From NCBI GenBank assembly GCA_013696665.1, contig JACCYC010000060.1, positions 1 through 44,616 on the forward strand: DNA of 44,616 nt, read 5' to 3'. The translations under genes and the position numbers were made by a program. Numbering within the stretch: position 1 is the stretch's first letter; every line of letters starts with the position of its first letter. A model generated the notes under the pieces. That model did no database searches and was not told the origin of the DNA. It saw only the letters and a list, made by a program, of their open reading frames with translations. Source of the stretch: Burkholderiaceae bacterium. GTDB taxonomy: Bacteria; Pseudomonadota; Gammaproteobacteria; Burkholderiales; Burkholderiaceae_F. This document shows positions 29,305-39,087 of this stretch, piece after piece.

Positions 29305-31050
29305 ATGATGCCAACGACCACAACTAGCGCAATTAAGCGCGGACCAACGCGCAATAAAACTTCGCAACACCGCCGCAGCTCCGCGGCGCGGTCCTCCAGC
29401 GACACTCCACCGCCGCCGGCCGCTACCGCGACGCAATCGGCGCCGGCTCAGTATGTGCTGCCACCGTCGGCTGAGCAGTTGCTCCAGCTTCAGCAGAATT
29501 ATTTGTCGCAATTTGCTTCGCTCTGGACCGATTTTTTCCAGCACCCGGAGAAATCCGCGGAGCCGATCAAGGACGCTCGCTTTTCTGATCCGGCATGGCA
29601 AAGCAACTCGCTCGCGTCTTTTTATGCTCGAGCCTATCTGCTGAATTCCGATTTCATGAATCGGCTGGCCGATACGGTCGACGCCGATCGCAAAACCAAG
29701 CAACGCGTGAAATATGCAGTGTCCCAGTGGGTGGATGCGGCTGCGCCGTCCAACTTTCTGGCCACGAATCCAAAAGCGCAGCAGATGCTTTTGGAATCGC
29801 GCGGCGAGAGCCTGAAGTCGGGCCTCGACAATCTGATGAAGGATATGCAGCTCGGTCGGATTTCGCAGACGGACGAAACAGCGTTTGAAGTTGGTCGCAA
29901 CGTCGCAACCAGCGAGGGTGCTGTCGTATTCGAGAACAAGCTCTTTCAGCTGATTCAATACGCACCGCTGACCGCCAAGGTCTATGCGCGGCCGTTCGTT
30001 CTCGTTCCTCCGTGCATCAACAAGTACTACATCCTGGATTTACAGCCCGAGAATTCGTTTATTCGGCATGCGGTGCGCGAGGGGCATACCGTGTTTGTCG
30101 TGTCGTGGAAAAATCCGCACAAGGCTGAATCCAACCTAACCTGGGACGATTATCTCGAGCATGGCGCAATCGAAGCGCTGCATGTTGCGCAACAGATTGG
30201 CGGGCAACAGCAGGTCAACGCGCTTGGTTTCTGCGTCGGCGGCACGATCCTCGCCGCTGCATTGGCTGTGATGTATGCGCGCGGCGAAAGCCCGGTGTCC
30301 AGTTTGACAATGATGACGGCGCTGCTCGACTTCGAGGATCCTGGCATGCTCGATCTCTTTATCGACGAGCAGCAGGTTCGGTCGCGTGAACAATCAATGG
30401 GCAAGGGCGGGTTGATGCCGGGTCGGGACCTTGCCGTAACGTTCAACAACCTGCGCTCCAATGATCTGGTGTGGAACTATGTCGTCAACAACTATTTGCA
30501 GGGCAAGCAGCCGCCGGCGTTTGATCTCCTTTACTGGAACGGTGACAGCACCAATCTGCCGGGGCCGATGTACGCCTGGTATCTGCGCAACATGTATCTC
30601 GAAAACAATCTGCGCGTTCCGGGAAAGCTCGTTTGCTGCGGCGAACGCGTTGACCTGAACACGATCGAGGTGCCGTCCTACGTGTTCGCGGCGCGTGAAG
30701 ATCACATCGTGCCGTGGAAGGCCGGGTATGCGTCTGCGCGGTTGTTGCCGGGCGGGGCCAAGGCGGGCGTGCGCTTTGTCCTTGGCGCGAGCGGCCACAT
30801 TGCGGGCAGCATCAATCCGCCGTCAAAGAATAAGCGTAGCTACTGGACATCAGTAAGCAACAAGCTGCCCGCCGATCCCGAGGCGTGGCTGCTGGGTGCT
30901 TCCGAGCAGCCCGGAAGCTGGTGGACCGACTGGAGCAAATGGCTGGCGCAATTCGGCGGCGCGCAAAAGCCGGCGCCAAAAAATTACGGGAGCGCAAAGT
31001 ACAAGTCGATCGAGCCTGCGCCCGGCCGTTACGTTCAGGAAAAAGCCTAG
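29305..31050 (+). CDS. phaC: class I poly(3-hydroxyalkanoate) synthase
   Basis: 581 aa. Lipase-box variant GFCVGG and C-terminal GASGHIAG. RBS GAGGAG lies upstream of the ATG at 29305. Confidence 0.93.
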   Translation: MMPTTTTSAIKRGPTRNKTSQHRRSSAARSSSDTPPPPAATATQSAPAQYVLPPSAEQLLQLQQNYLSQFASLWTDFFQHPEKSAEPIKDARFSDPAWQSNSLASFYARAYLLNSDFMNRLADTVDADRKTKQRVKYAVSQWVDAAAPSNFLATNPKAQQMLLESRGESLKSGLDNLMKDMQLGRISQTDETAFEVGRNVATSEGAVVFENKLFQLIQYAPLTAKVYARPFVLVPPCINKYYILDLQPENSFIRHAVREGHTVFVVSWKNPHKAESNLTWDDYLEHGAIEALHVAQQIGGQQQVNALGFCVGGTILAAALAVMYARGESPVSSLTMMTALLDFEDPGMLDLFIDEQQVRSREQSMGKGGLMPGRDLAVTFNNLRSNDLVWNYVVNNYLQGKQPPAFDLLYWNGDSTNLPGPMYAWYLRNMYLENNLRVPGKLVCCGERVDLNTIEVPSYVFAAREDHIVPWKAGYASARLLPGGAKAGVRFVLGASGHIAGSINPPSKNKRSYWTSVSNKLPADPEAWLLGASEQPGSWWTDWSKWLAQFGGAQKPAPKNYGSAKYKSIEPAPGRYVQEKA

Positions 31051-31062
31051 GAGCCATTTGAA

Positions 31063-32241
31063 ATGTCCAATGCAGTCATTGTTGGCGCGGTGCGTACACC
31101 CATCGGCAAGTTCGGTGGTTCGCTTGCGAAGATTTCGGCCGCCGATCTTGGCGCGCTGGTCATCAAAGAAGTATTGCAGCGTGCTGGCGTCAAACCCGAT
31201 CAAGTCGACGAAGTCATCATGGGTCACGTGCTGACTGCAGGCGTTGGCCAGAACGCAGCGCGTCAGGCTCTGATCAAGGCCGGGCTGCCGGTGACGGTAC
31301 CGGCAACAACGATCAACAAGGTCTGCGGCTCGGGGTTGAAGGCCGTAATGCTGGCCGCGCAGGCGATTGCAAACGGCGACGCCGATATCGTGGTCGCCGG
31401 CGGGCAGGAGAACATGAGCGCGTCGCCGCACGTGATGCTCGGATCACGCGATGGCTTCCGCATGGGCGACGCCAAAATGATCGACAGCATGATCGTCGAT
31501 GGCTTGTGGGACGTCTACAACCAGTACCACATGGGCATCACCGCCGAAAACGTGGCGCGCGAACACAACGTGGACCGCCAGACGCAGGACACGTTTGCGC
31601 TGGCGTCGCAACAGAAGGCTGCCGCGGCGCAGGACGCGGGCCGGTTCAAGGACGAGATCGTCGCGGTGCAGATCCCGCAAAGAAAAGGCGATCCCGTCTC
31701 CTTCGACACCGACGAGTTCGTCAATCGGAAGACCAATGCCGAGGCGCTGTCTGGACTCAAGCCGGCATTTGACAAGCAGGGCAGCGTGACGGCTGGGAAT
31801 GCGTCGGGGCTTAATGACGGTGCAGCGGCGCTGCTTGTGATGTCCGAAGCGAAGGCAAAGGAGCTCGGGCTGCAGCCCTTGGCCAGGATCAAATCATTCG
31901 CGTCAGTCGGTGTTGATCCGAAAATCATGGGAATGGGACCCGCGCCCGCATCGCGCAAGGCGCTGAAGAAAGCCGGTTGGACCGCCGATCAGGTGGACCT
32001 GATGGAGATCAACGAGGCGTTTGCGGCGCAGGCGTGTGCGGTCAATAAGGACATGGGCTGGAACACCGAGAAGATCAATGTCAACGGAGGCGCGATTGCG
32101 CTCGGCCATCCGATAGGCGCATCCGGCGCGCGGATTCTCGTAACACTGTTGCACGAAATGAAGCGGCGGGACGCGAAAAAGGGGCTTGCGGCGCTCTGCA
32201 TTGGGGGTGGCATGGGGGTTGCGCTGACGGTCGAACGCTAA
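31063..32241 (+). CDS. phaA: acetyl-CoA acetyltransferase (beta-ketothiolase)
   Basis: Active-site motifs [23 protein letters not shown] and CIGGGMG. It lies 12 nt downstream of phaC. Confidence 0.93.
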   Translation: MSNAVIVGAVRTPIGKFGGSLAKISAADLGALVIKEVLQRAGVKPDQVDEVIMGHVLTAGVGQNAARQALIKAGLPVTVPATTINKVCGSGLKAVMLAAQAIANGDADIVVAGGQENMSASPHVMLGSRDGFRMGDAKMIDSMIVDGLWDVYNQYHMGITAENVAREHNVDRQTQDTFALASQQKAAAAQDAGRFKDEIVAVQIPQRKGDPVSFDTDEFVNRKTNAEALSGLKPAFDKQGSVTAGNASGLNDGAAALLVMSEAKAKELGLQPLARIKSFASVGVDPKIMGMGPAPASRKALKKAGWTADQVDLMEINEAFAAQACAVNKDMGWNTEKINVNGGAIALGHPIGASGARILVTLLHEMKRRDAKKGLAALCIGGGMGVALTVER

Positions 32242-32250
32242 AGTATTTTT

Positions 32251-32994
32251 CTATTTCGCCGCGTCGATGCGCCCGGGCGCCGGATCAACGCGACGCGGGT
32301 CGTACCAGAGCCCCATGTGATCGCGCTGCTCGATCATCTTGCGGCCGGAGATCGCAAACCGTCCGAGAATTCGAAGCACTTCCAAGCCGGAGTAAGTCCG
32401 AAGTTTGCGTCCTGATGTCGACACCGCGGCGCGAACGATGACAAATCGGCCAAGGCGTTTCAACGCGGTACTGAACGCGAGTTCTTCGGCAGCGAACAGC
32501 GTTTCGTCGAATCCACGCGCTGCATCGAATCCAGCGCGCGTACAAAACACGAAGCAACCCGCAGCGAGCCGCATCACGCGCATACCCGCCGTGAGCATTG
32601 GAAGCAGAGCCCTCGCGTAGAACGGGACACGCCCGTCAAAGCAAACCGTCGCACCGCCACCCACAGCGCCATCGACTACTTCGTCGATCGCCGCTTGCAG
32701 TACCGCGGCGTTAATCAGCGTATCGGCGTCGACGAACACCAGCATGTCGCCCTTGCTTGCACGCGCGCCTGAGTTGCGCGTAGCCGCAATCTGGCGATGG
32801 TGCACGGGTAACACGCGTGCAGCCGATTCGGCAGCAATCAGCGCGGTGCGATCGGTCGATCCGTCGTCGGCAACAACGATTTCGTAATCAACCGCGCAAG
32901 CGCGCGCAGCCTCGTGAATCGCATGCAGAGTCGACGCGAGCAGCGCCTCTTCGTTATGTGCAGGAACCACGAAGGACAGCAGTGAGGGTTTCAT
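32251..32994 (-). CDS. family 2 glycosyltransferase (small, soluble type)
   Basis: FVVPAHNEE...IVVADDGSTDRT and a DAD motif (FVDADT) form a GT-A fold. The gene is antisense to the flanking pha genes. Confidence 0.8.
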   Translation of the reverse strand: MKPSLLSFVVPAHNEEALLASTLHAIHEAARACAVDYEIVVADDGSTDRTALIAAESAARVLPVHHRQIAATRNSGARASKGDMLVFVDADTLINAAVLQAAIDEVVDGAVGGGATVCFDGRVPFYARALLPMLTAGMRVMRLAAGCFVFCTRAGFDAARGFDETLFAAEELAFSTALKRLGRFVIVRAAVSTSGRKLRTYSGLEVLRILGRFAISGRKMIEQRDHMGLWYDPRRVDPAPGRIDAAK

Positions 32995-33110
32995 TGGCGG
33001 TCAGAGGTCGCGCTAATTGTTCGCAACATAGTGACAGGTGCTTACCCAAGCGATCAGGTGGCCGGCACGACGATTGGTGTCTAATTGCCAAAAATACCAA
33101 GGAGACAGGA

Positions 33111-33845
33111 ATGGCAAAACTGGCTTACGTCACCGGTGGCATGGGTGGTATCGGCACCGCGATCTGCCGGAAGTTTCACGATGCCGGCTACAAAGTGGTC
33201 GCCGGGTGCGGGCCCACACGCGATCATGCGAAGTGGTTGGCAGAGCAAAAGGCTGACGGGTACGCGTTCTCGGCATCCGTCGGAAATGTGGCCGATTGGG
33301 AATCGACCCGAGAGGCTTTCGAAAAAGTCAAAGCTGAACAGGGGGTTGTCGACATCCTCGTCAACAATGCAGGGATCACCCGAGACGGCGTGTTCCGCAA
33401 GATGTCGCTCGATGATTGGCGCGCGGTTATCGACACCAATCTGAACAGTCTTTTTAACGTGACCAAACAGGTGATCGACGGCATGCTCGAAAAGGGCTGG
33501 GGTCGGATCGTCAACATTGCTTCCGTCAACGGCGAAAAAGGTCAGTTCGGCCAGACCAACTATTCAGCCGCCAAGGCGGGCATGCACGGTTTCTCGATGG
33601 CGCTGGCACAGGAAGTTGCGAGCAAGGGTGTCACCGTCAACACGGTTTCTCCTGGGTACATTGCCACCGACATGGTGATGGCGGTGCGAGAGGACGTGCG
33701 CGAAAAGATCATCCAGACAATTCCGGTCAAGCGACTCGGCAGGGCCGAAGAGATCGGATCGGTCTGCGTATGGCTGTCGGGGGACGATGCAGGCTTCACC
33801 ACGGGAGCCGAGTTTTCGTGCAACGGCGGATTGCACATGGGCTGA
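33111..33845 (+). CDS. phaB: acetoacetyl-CoA reductase (SDR)
   Basis: Trimmed to the ATG at 33111 after AAGGAGA. Motifs: YVTGGMGGIGTAI, NNAG and YSAAKAG. Confidence 0.93.
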   Translation: MAKLAYVTGGMGGIGTAICRKFHDAGYKVVAGCGPTRDHAKWLAEQKADGYAFSASVGNVADWESTREAFEKVKAEQGVVDILVNNAGITRDGVFRKMSLDDWRAVIDTNLNSLFNVTKQVIDGMLEKGWGRIVNIASVNGEKGQFGQTNYSAAKAGMHGFSMALAQEVASKGVTVNTVSPGYIATDMVMAVREDVREKIIQTIPVKRLGRAEEIGSVCVWLSGDDAGFTTGAEFSCNGGLHMG

Positions 33846-33938
33846 GGTGCGTTGGTCGTGCACGCGCCGCTTGCAAGGTAATTTGCCGCCGGCTAGTTAC
33901 GATCCTCGCAAAAGTAAACGGATCAAAGGCTCGCAGTC

Positions 33939-34244
33939 TTACGTGGGCTGCGGGCCTTCGTACCCCTCAATGACGATCAGATCCGCAGTTGCAACGGGTA
34001 AGCGCAGCTGGATGGCCCGCTGATAGTCCGCAGACTTCCAGCATTCGATCGCCGCCTCGTAGCTGGGAAATTCGATCACCACGTTACGCGTACGGCTGCT
34101 TCCTTCCAGTTTTTCGAAGCGGCCTCCCCGCACCACAAAGCGCGCGCCATATTGCGCCAACGGTTTTGCATTGGCCGCGACGTACTCCTTGTACTTCTCC
34201 GGGTCCGAAATGTCCACGCGTACGATCCAATAGCCCTTTGGCAT
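33939..34244 (-). CDS. DUF1330 domain protein
   Basis: 101 aa. MPKGYWIVRVDISDPEKYKEYV...FPSYEAAIECWKSADYQ matches my memory of the DUF1330 pattern. RBS AGGAGA. Confidence 0.8.
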   Translation of the reverse strand: MPKGYWIVRVDISDPEKYKEYVAANAKPLAQYGARFVVRGGRFEKLEGSSRTRNVVIEFPSYEAAIECWKSADYQRAIQLRLPVATADLIVIEGYEGPQPT

Positions 34245-34288
34245 AGTTCTCCTCTGTTGTTCAGCGGTGGTGCTTAAATGGCGCGTGC

Positions 34289-35338
34289 CTAGACAACGAC
34301 TCGTGCCTCGGCGGTATCAATCGCAACCTGGACGCGGGCGCCGGGTTGAAAGATCGGTGTCGTCGACAGGTGAGGCGCGTCTGCGATCAATGACGTTTGA
34401 CCCACATTGACTTGATAGCGCGTGAACTCGCCAAGGAATTCGCTTTCCTTGATTTCACCGTCAAACCAGACACCGCCGGCGCCTCGAGTAGTCGCAATCC
34501 TTACTGCATTCGGCCGGATAGACAGCGCCGTTCCCGCGCTGCCTGCCGCAAGAGGGATGGCGCCCAACGATTCGCTGATGAACGCGCCGCGCACCGCGTC
34601 GAAGTGGCCCGCGATCAGATTGGTACTGCCGACGAATTGAGCGACGAATTGATTGGACGGGTTATCGAACAGCTGCCTCGGCGGCCCGATCTGCTGCAGT
34701 ACACCGGCATCAAGCACAGCCATGCGATCGGCGGTCGTCATCGCTTCTTCCTGATCGTGAGTGACGAAGATTGTCGTGATGCCGAGCGCGCGCTGCAGCC
34801 GTTTCAATTCGAGCCGCATCTGCTCGCGCAGCTTCTTGTCTAGGTTCGATAGGGGCTCATCGAGCAGCAGCACCTGCGGCTCGATGACTATGGTGCGGGC
34901 GAGGGCGACTCGTTGTTGCTGCCCCCCCGATAGCTGATTGGGCCGTCGCTGCGCATATTCGCCCAAGCTCACCAGCGCCAATGCTTCGCCGACGCGCCGT
35001 TTGATTTCTGCTCGCGCAACACGTCGCTCGACAAGACCGAAAGCCACGTTGTCGTACACGCTCATATGAGGCCACAGCGCGTAGCTCTGAAACACCATTC
35101 CAATATTGCGAGCGTGCGGCGGAACGTGGCCGATATCACGCCCGTCAACCCGTAGCTGGCCGCGGTTCGCCTGATTAAACCCGGCAATCAATCTGAGCAG
35201 CGTGGATTTTCCGGAGCCCGACGGACCGAGCAGTGCAAAGAATTCTCCCGGCTCGATTGCCAACGTAATGTTCCGCAATACCTGATTTGATCCGTACGCA
35301 AGGCCGATGCCGATGCACTCGACTGCGACCGCTTTCAT
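34289..35338 (-). CDS. ABC importer ATP-binding protein (PotA/FbpC-like, with C-terminal TOBE-like domain)
   Basis: Walker A GPSGSGKST, signature LSGGQQQRVALAR and Walker B LLLDEPLS. ATGA overlap with the permease stop. Confidence 0.9.
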   Translation of the reverse strand: MKAVAVECIGIGLAYGSNQVLRNITLAIEPGEFFALLGPSGSGKSTLLRLIAGFNQANRGQLRVDGRDIGHVPPHARNIGMVFQSYALWPHMSVYDNVAFGLVERRVARAEIKRRVGEALALVSLGEYAQRRPNQLSGGQQQRVALARTIVIEPQVLLLDEPLSNLDKKLREQMRLELKRLQRALGITTIFVTHDQEEAMTTADRMAVLDAGVLQQIGPPRQLFDNPSNQFVAQFVGSTNLIAGHFDAVRGAFISESLGAIPLAAGSAGTALSIRPNAVRIATTRGAGGVWFDGEIKESEFLGEFTRYQVNVGQTSLIADAPHLSTTPIFQPGARVQVAIDTAEARVVV

Positions 35339-37065
35339 CGTGCGTTCTCCAGGCTGCGATTCGCGCGCTCAACCGCGACATGCGACAGATACGTGCCGAC
35401 CGCAACCGTCACGACCAGTAAAACGCCGAGCGCGGCCCCGGCACCACGGCCCGAAACGGACTGCATGTACAGATAGATTCCGTAGCTCATCGGTGCCTGT
35501 GATTCCTTGACCACCAGCAGAATGGTTGCAGACAATTCGACGGCCGCGGTAATGAAGCTGGACACAAAACCAGCGAGAATGCCGCCTGCCATCAGCGGAA
35601 TCAGCACGCGGCGGACCGAGCGCCACTTGCTCGCCCCCAGCATTTCTGCCGCTTCCTCCAAGCTGATGTTGATCTGTTGCAATGCCGCCATGCACGAACG
35701 CAGCGCGTACGGCAGGCGCCGCACTGAATACGCCAGCATGATTACGAGCCACGTCTGGGTAATCGGAACTCCGCCAACTTCAAAGCTCTGGAATGTCCGC
35801 AAATAACCGATCGCCAACACAATGCCAGGCACCGCGATAGCCGCGCTGGCCGTAAAGTCGAGCCACTGTCGCGCTGGAATGCGGGTGCGCAGAATCAGGT
35901 ACGCAATCGAGACTCCAATTACAACATCGATCGTCGCTGCGAGGCCGCAGTACAGCAGCGTATTCGTGATCATCCCGGTACTGTCGGAGAACACCGTGGC
36001 GTAATTGGCGAGCGTGTAGTCATCGGGTAACACCGAGAAGCTCCACACGCGCGCAAACGACAGCAGAAGCAGGCCCAGGTGCGGGCTCAGTACGACGAGC
36101 AGCACCAGCACGATCCCAGCGTACGCAAGCCAGGCCTCGCCACGCGACAGCGTGCGCCGTTTGATGCCGGCGCCACCCTTTTGCAAGGTCGAGTAGTCCT
36201 TGCCTTTCATCACACGAATCGAAAGCCATAGCGCCAGAATCGAGAACGCGATCATGATGACGCTGATCACGTAGCCGAGCGGATCCTCCAGGCCGACTTG
36301 TGTAATGCGCAGGTAAGCCTGCGGCGCGAGCAGGTTTGTCTGTCCCAGCACCAGCGGTGTGCCGAGGTCGTCGAAGACCTTGATGAAGACCAGCGCTGCG
36401 CCGGCCAGATACCCGGGCAGTGCAAGCGGAAACACGACGCGCGAAAACAGCCGCCACCCTTTCGCGCCAAGATTCAAGGCGGCTTCCTCCATCGCCCCAT
36501 CGATCGCACGCAGCGCAACGATCAGATTCATCAGGATGAATGGAAAGTAATGAAGAGTTTCGACGAAGATCACGCCGGTAAGTCCCTGCATGATCGGCAG
36601 TGAAATGCCGAACGTCTCGTCGAGCAACAGATTGACCGACCCGGAGCGTCCAAAGACCAGTTGCATCGCGACTGCCCCAACAAACGGCGGCATGATCAGC
36701 GGCAGCACGCCTAGCGTCTGAATCAACAATGCGCCGCGAAACTGGAAGCGCGCGGTGACGTACGCAAGCGGCACGGCGATCAGCGACGCAGCTACGACGC
36801 TTGTAATGGCAACGTAAAGCGAGTTCCCAAAGGACTCGCGCATCAGACCGGTCGAGAAAAACGTGCCGAAGTGGCCCAAAGTGAAAGAGCCGTCGCCATC
36901 GCGAAATGCAGTGATGAATACGGCGCCAACCGGAACCAGCAGCAAGGCCAAAAGAAAGGCAGAGATCGCAGCCAGCACCGCGTACGAGCGCCAAGATGCA
37001 CCCACACGCGGTCGCACGTCCGGCGCGACCCCAGGCGGCAATGCGGCAGCCGGCGTCACTGCCAT
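35335..37065 (-). CDS. ABC importer permease, duplicated (two-module) FbpB-like
   Basis: 576 aa with about 12 helices and two BPD-transport modules, each with an EAA-like loop (EEAALNLGA and EEAAEMLGA). Confidence 0.9.
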   Translation of the reverse strand: MAVTPAAALPPGVAPDVRPRVGASWRSYAVLAAISAFLLALLLVPVGAVFITAFRDGDGSFTLGHFGTFFSTGLMRESFGNSLYVAITSVVAASLIAVPLAYVTARFQFRGALLIQTLGVLPLIMPPFVGAVAMQLVFGRSGSVNLLLDETFGISLPIMQGLTGVIFVETLHYFPFILMNLIVALRAIDGAMEEAALNLGAKGWRLFSRVVFPLALPGYLAGAALVFIKVFDDLGTPLVLGQTNLLAPQAYLRITQVGLEDPLGYVISVIMIAFSILALWLSIRVMKGKDYSTLQKGGAGIKRRTLSRGEAWLAYAGIVLVLLVVLSPHLGLLLLSFARVWSFSVLPDDYTLANYATVFSDSTGMITNTLLYCGLAATIDVVIGVSIAYLILRTRIPARQWLDFTASAAIAVPGIVLAIGYLRTFQSFEVGGVPITQTWLVIMLAYSVRRLPYALRSCMAALQQINISLEEAAEMLGASKWRSVRRVLIPLMAGGILAGFVSSFITAAVELSATILLVVKESQAPMSYGIYLYMQSVSGRGAGAALGVLLVVTVAVGTYLSHVAVERANRSLENAR

Positions 37066-37074
37066 CGCGCGGTG

Positions 37075-38409
37075 CTACTTGATCATGGCGGCGGCTTGCT
37101 GTGCGAGCTCGGCGGCTTTCGTGTAGCTCTCGCGCGCCTTACGGTTCCAGCTCTCCTCGAGCCCGGTTACCTGCTTCGAAACTGAAACTTCCTTCTTGTT
37201 CGATGCAAAGACCTTCAGGAAGTCCTTTTGTCCTGCCAGCGAGGAGGAAACAACCGGCGCGAACGCAAGGGCGCGCGCCTGCTTGATCAACTCGGCTGCC
37301 TGAGGATTGCTCTTGCCGGCAAGCTTCGCTTCGGCGTCATGGATTGCTTTGGTTGCAGACTGCAGCTCTTTCATTCGAAAAGTGATCGTCTGATCAAACA
37401 GCGAATGAACGACCGAGTAACGATCCTCGGACAGGTCTGCATTGAAGTTGACCTTTGCACGCTTGACGATCGCCTGCGGGTCTGGGTAGCCAGCCGGAAT
37501 CTTGTTGCCAAAACTTGAGTACGCGAGCACGGGCAAGCGCGAAATCTTCGGATCGAGCAACAGCTCCTGCCCCGCCTGACTCAAGGTGAACTGCACGAAT
37601 TTTTTCGCTTCGGCAGTGTTCTTCCCGCCGGCGATCAGTGCAATGTTGGCCGGCACGATCGAGGTCAACGGGGGATAAACAAACTCGACCGGAAAACCTG
37701 AATATTTGCCTGCGAGTCCGAAGAAATCGATGACTGGCCCGGCGCCGAACTGACCGTTGTTTATACCGTCCGGCACTCCAAAACTGCGCTCGGTGATCTG
37801 CGAGCTGTTGCCGGCCATCTCGAGCACCTTGGCCCATCCGGCATCCCATCCTTCGCCCTGCAGGATCGTTTCAACCGTCAAATGCATCGTGCCGGAGCGC
37901 GATGGCGCAGTCATCGCAACATGCCCAAACCATTCGCGCTTTAGAAGGTCGTCCCAGTCTTTCGGTGCGGCAAGCTTGTTGGCTTTCAGGTAACGCGTGT
38001 TGTACATGATGCCGTAGCCGGCAAGCGCCTGACCCTTGTAGAAGCCTTGCGGGTCGTTGATCGGATAGCTGCCAATCTTCGCGGGTATTGCCTTGTTGTC
38101 GAGATCAGGCGCAGCGACCAGCAAGCTGTCACGCTTTAAAACCTCGAAGGCATCGGGTGCCGAGGCCCAAAACACGTCGGGCCGTTGACCCGATACGGTT
38201 TCGCGTACGAACGCAATGCCGGCGACCGTGCTCTTGTTAAGGATCTCGATCTTGATGTCGGGATTTGCCTTTTCAAACGCGCCTTTGTAGGCAGCGGTCA
38301 ACTCCTTTGGAAACGACGTAATCACCGTGACCGTTCCAGCATCACTGGCCGTTGCGCTAAGCAAACCGACCACCATCGCGGCAATAGATTGTGCAAATGA
38401 TCGAACCAT
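37075..38409 (-). CDS. periplasmic solute-binding protein (Fe3+/PgtC-like family) with a long helical C-terminal extension
   Basis: Trimmed to the ATG at 38409 after GGAGAC. Signal peptide MVRSFAQSIAAMVVGLLSATA. The SBP core is followed by roughly 100 Ala/Lys/Gln-rich residues. Confidence 0.85.
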   Translation of the reverse strand: MVRSFAQSIAAMVVGLLSATASDAGTVTVITSFPKELTAAYKGAFEKANPDIKIEILNKSTVAGIAFVRETVSGQRPDVFWASAPDAFEVLKRDSLLVAAPDLDNKAIPAKIGSYPINDPQGFYKGQALAGYGIMYNTRYLKANKLAAPKDWDDLLKREWFGHVAMTAPSRSGTMHLTVETILQGEGWDAGWAKVLEMAGNSSQITERSFGVPDGINNGQFGAGPVIDFFGLAGKYSGFPVEFVYPPLTSIVPANIALIAGGKNTAEAKKFVQFTLSQAGQELLLDPKISRLPVLAYSSFGNKIPAGYPDPQAIVKRAKVNFNADLSEDRYSVVHSLFDQTITFRMKELQSATKAIHDAEAKLAGKSNPQAAELIKQARALAFAPVVSSSLAGQKDFLKVFASNKKEVSVSKQVTGLEESWNRKARESYTKAAELAQQAAAMIK

Positions 38410-38536
38410 TGACTTGTCTCCTGTCCTGCTGGTTTTCAGTGATTCTCGCAGAACGGGCAACCTCCCGCTGAGCGGAGCGCCGCGCAGCGGCATATTCGAT
38501 AGAATCCGTCGACCCGCACAGGGGCACGAGGACCAC

Positions 38537-39076
38537 ATGGCAACGTCCGTTCGCCTGATCAAGAAGTATCCAAACCGTCGCTTGTACGACACGCAGACCA
38601 GCACATACATCACGCTGGCTGACGTCAAGCAACTGGTGCTCGAGCAGGAAAATTTTCAGGTGATCGACGCGAAGTCCACCAATGACCTGACTCGCCAGAT
38701 CCTGCTGCAGATCATTCTGGAAGAAGAAGCGGGTGGGATGCCGATGTTTTCGGCGCCGATGCTGTCGCACATCATTCGCTTCTATGGCAACGCGATGCAG
38801 GCAATGATGGGCCCGTATCTCGAGAAGAACATTCAGGCGTTCATTGACATTCAGGGCAAGTTGCAGGAACAAAGCAAGGCGTTTTACGCGACCAACAAGA
38901 TCGGCCCCGAGATGTGGACGCAGTTTGTCAACATGCAGGCGCCGATGGTGCAATCGATGATGTCGAGTTACATCGAGCAATCAAAGGATCTGTTCGTGCA
39001 GATGCAGGAAAACATGCAGAACCAGGCGCGCTCGATGTTCACAGGATTTCCTGGCTTTACCGGCGACAAGAAGTAA
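38537..39076 (+). CDS. phaR: polyhydroxyalkanoate synthesis repressor PhaR
   Basis: Trimmed to the ATG at 38537. The N-terminus reads [30 protein letters not shown], the PhaR signature. Confidence 0.9.
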   Translation: MATSVRLIKKYPNRRLYDTQTSTYITLADVKQLVLEQENFQVIDAKSTNDLTRQILLQIILEEEAGGMPMFSAPMLSHIIRFYGNAMQAMMGPYLEKNIQAFIDIQGKLQEQSKAFYATNKIGPEMWTQFVNMQAPMVQSMMSSYIEQSKDLFVQMQENMQNQARSMFTGFPGFTGDKK

Positions 39077-39087
39077 CTGCAGAATTG

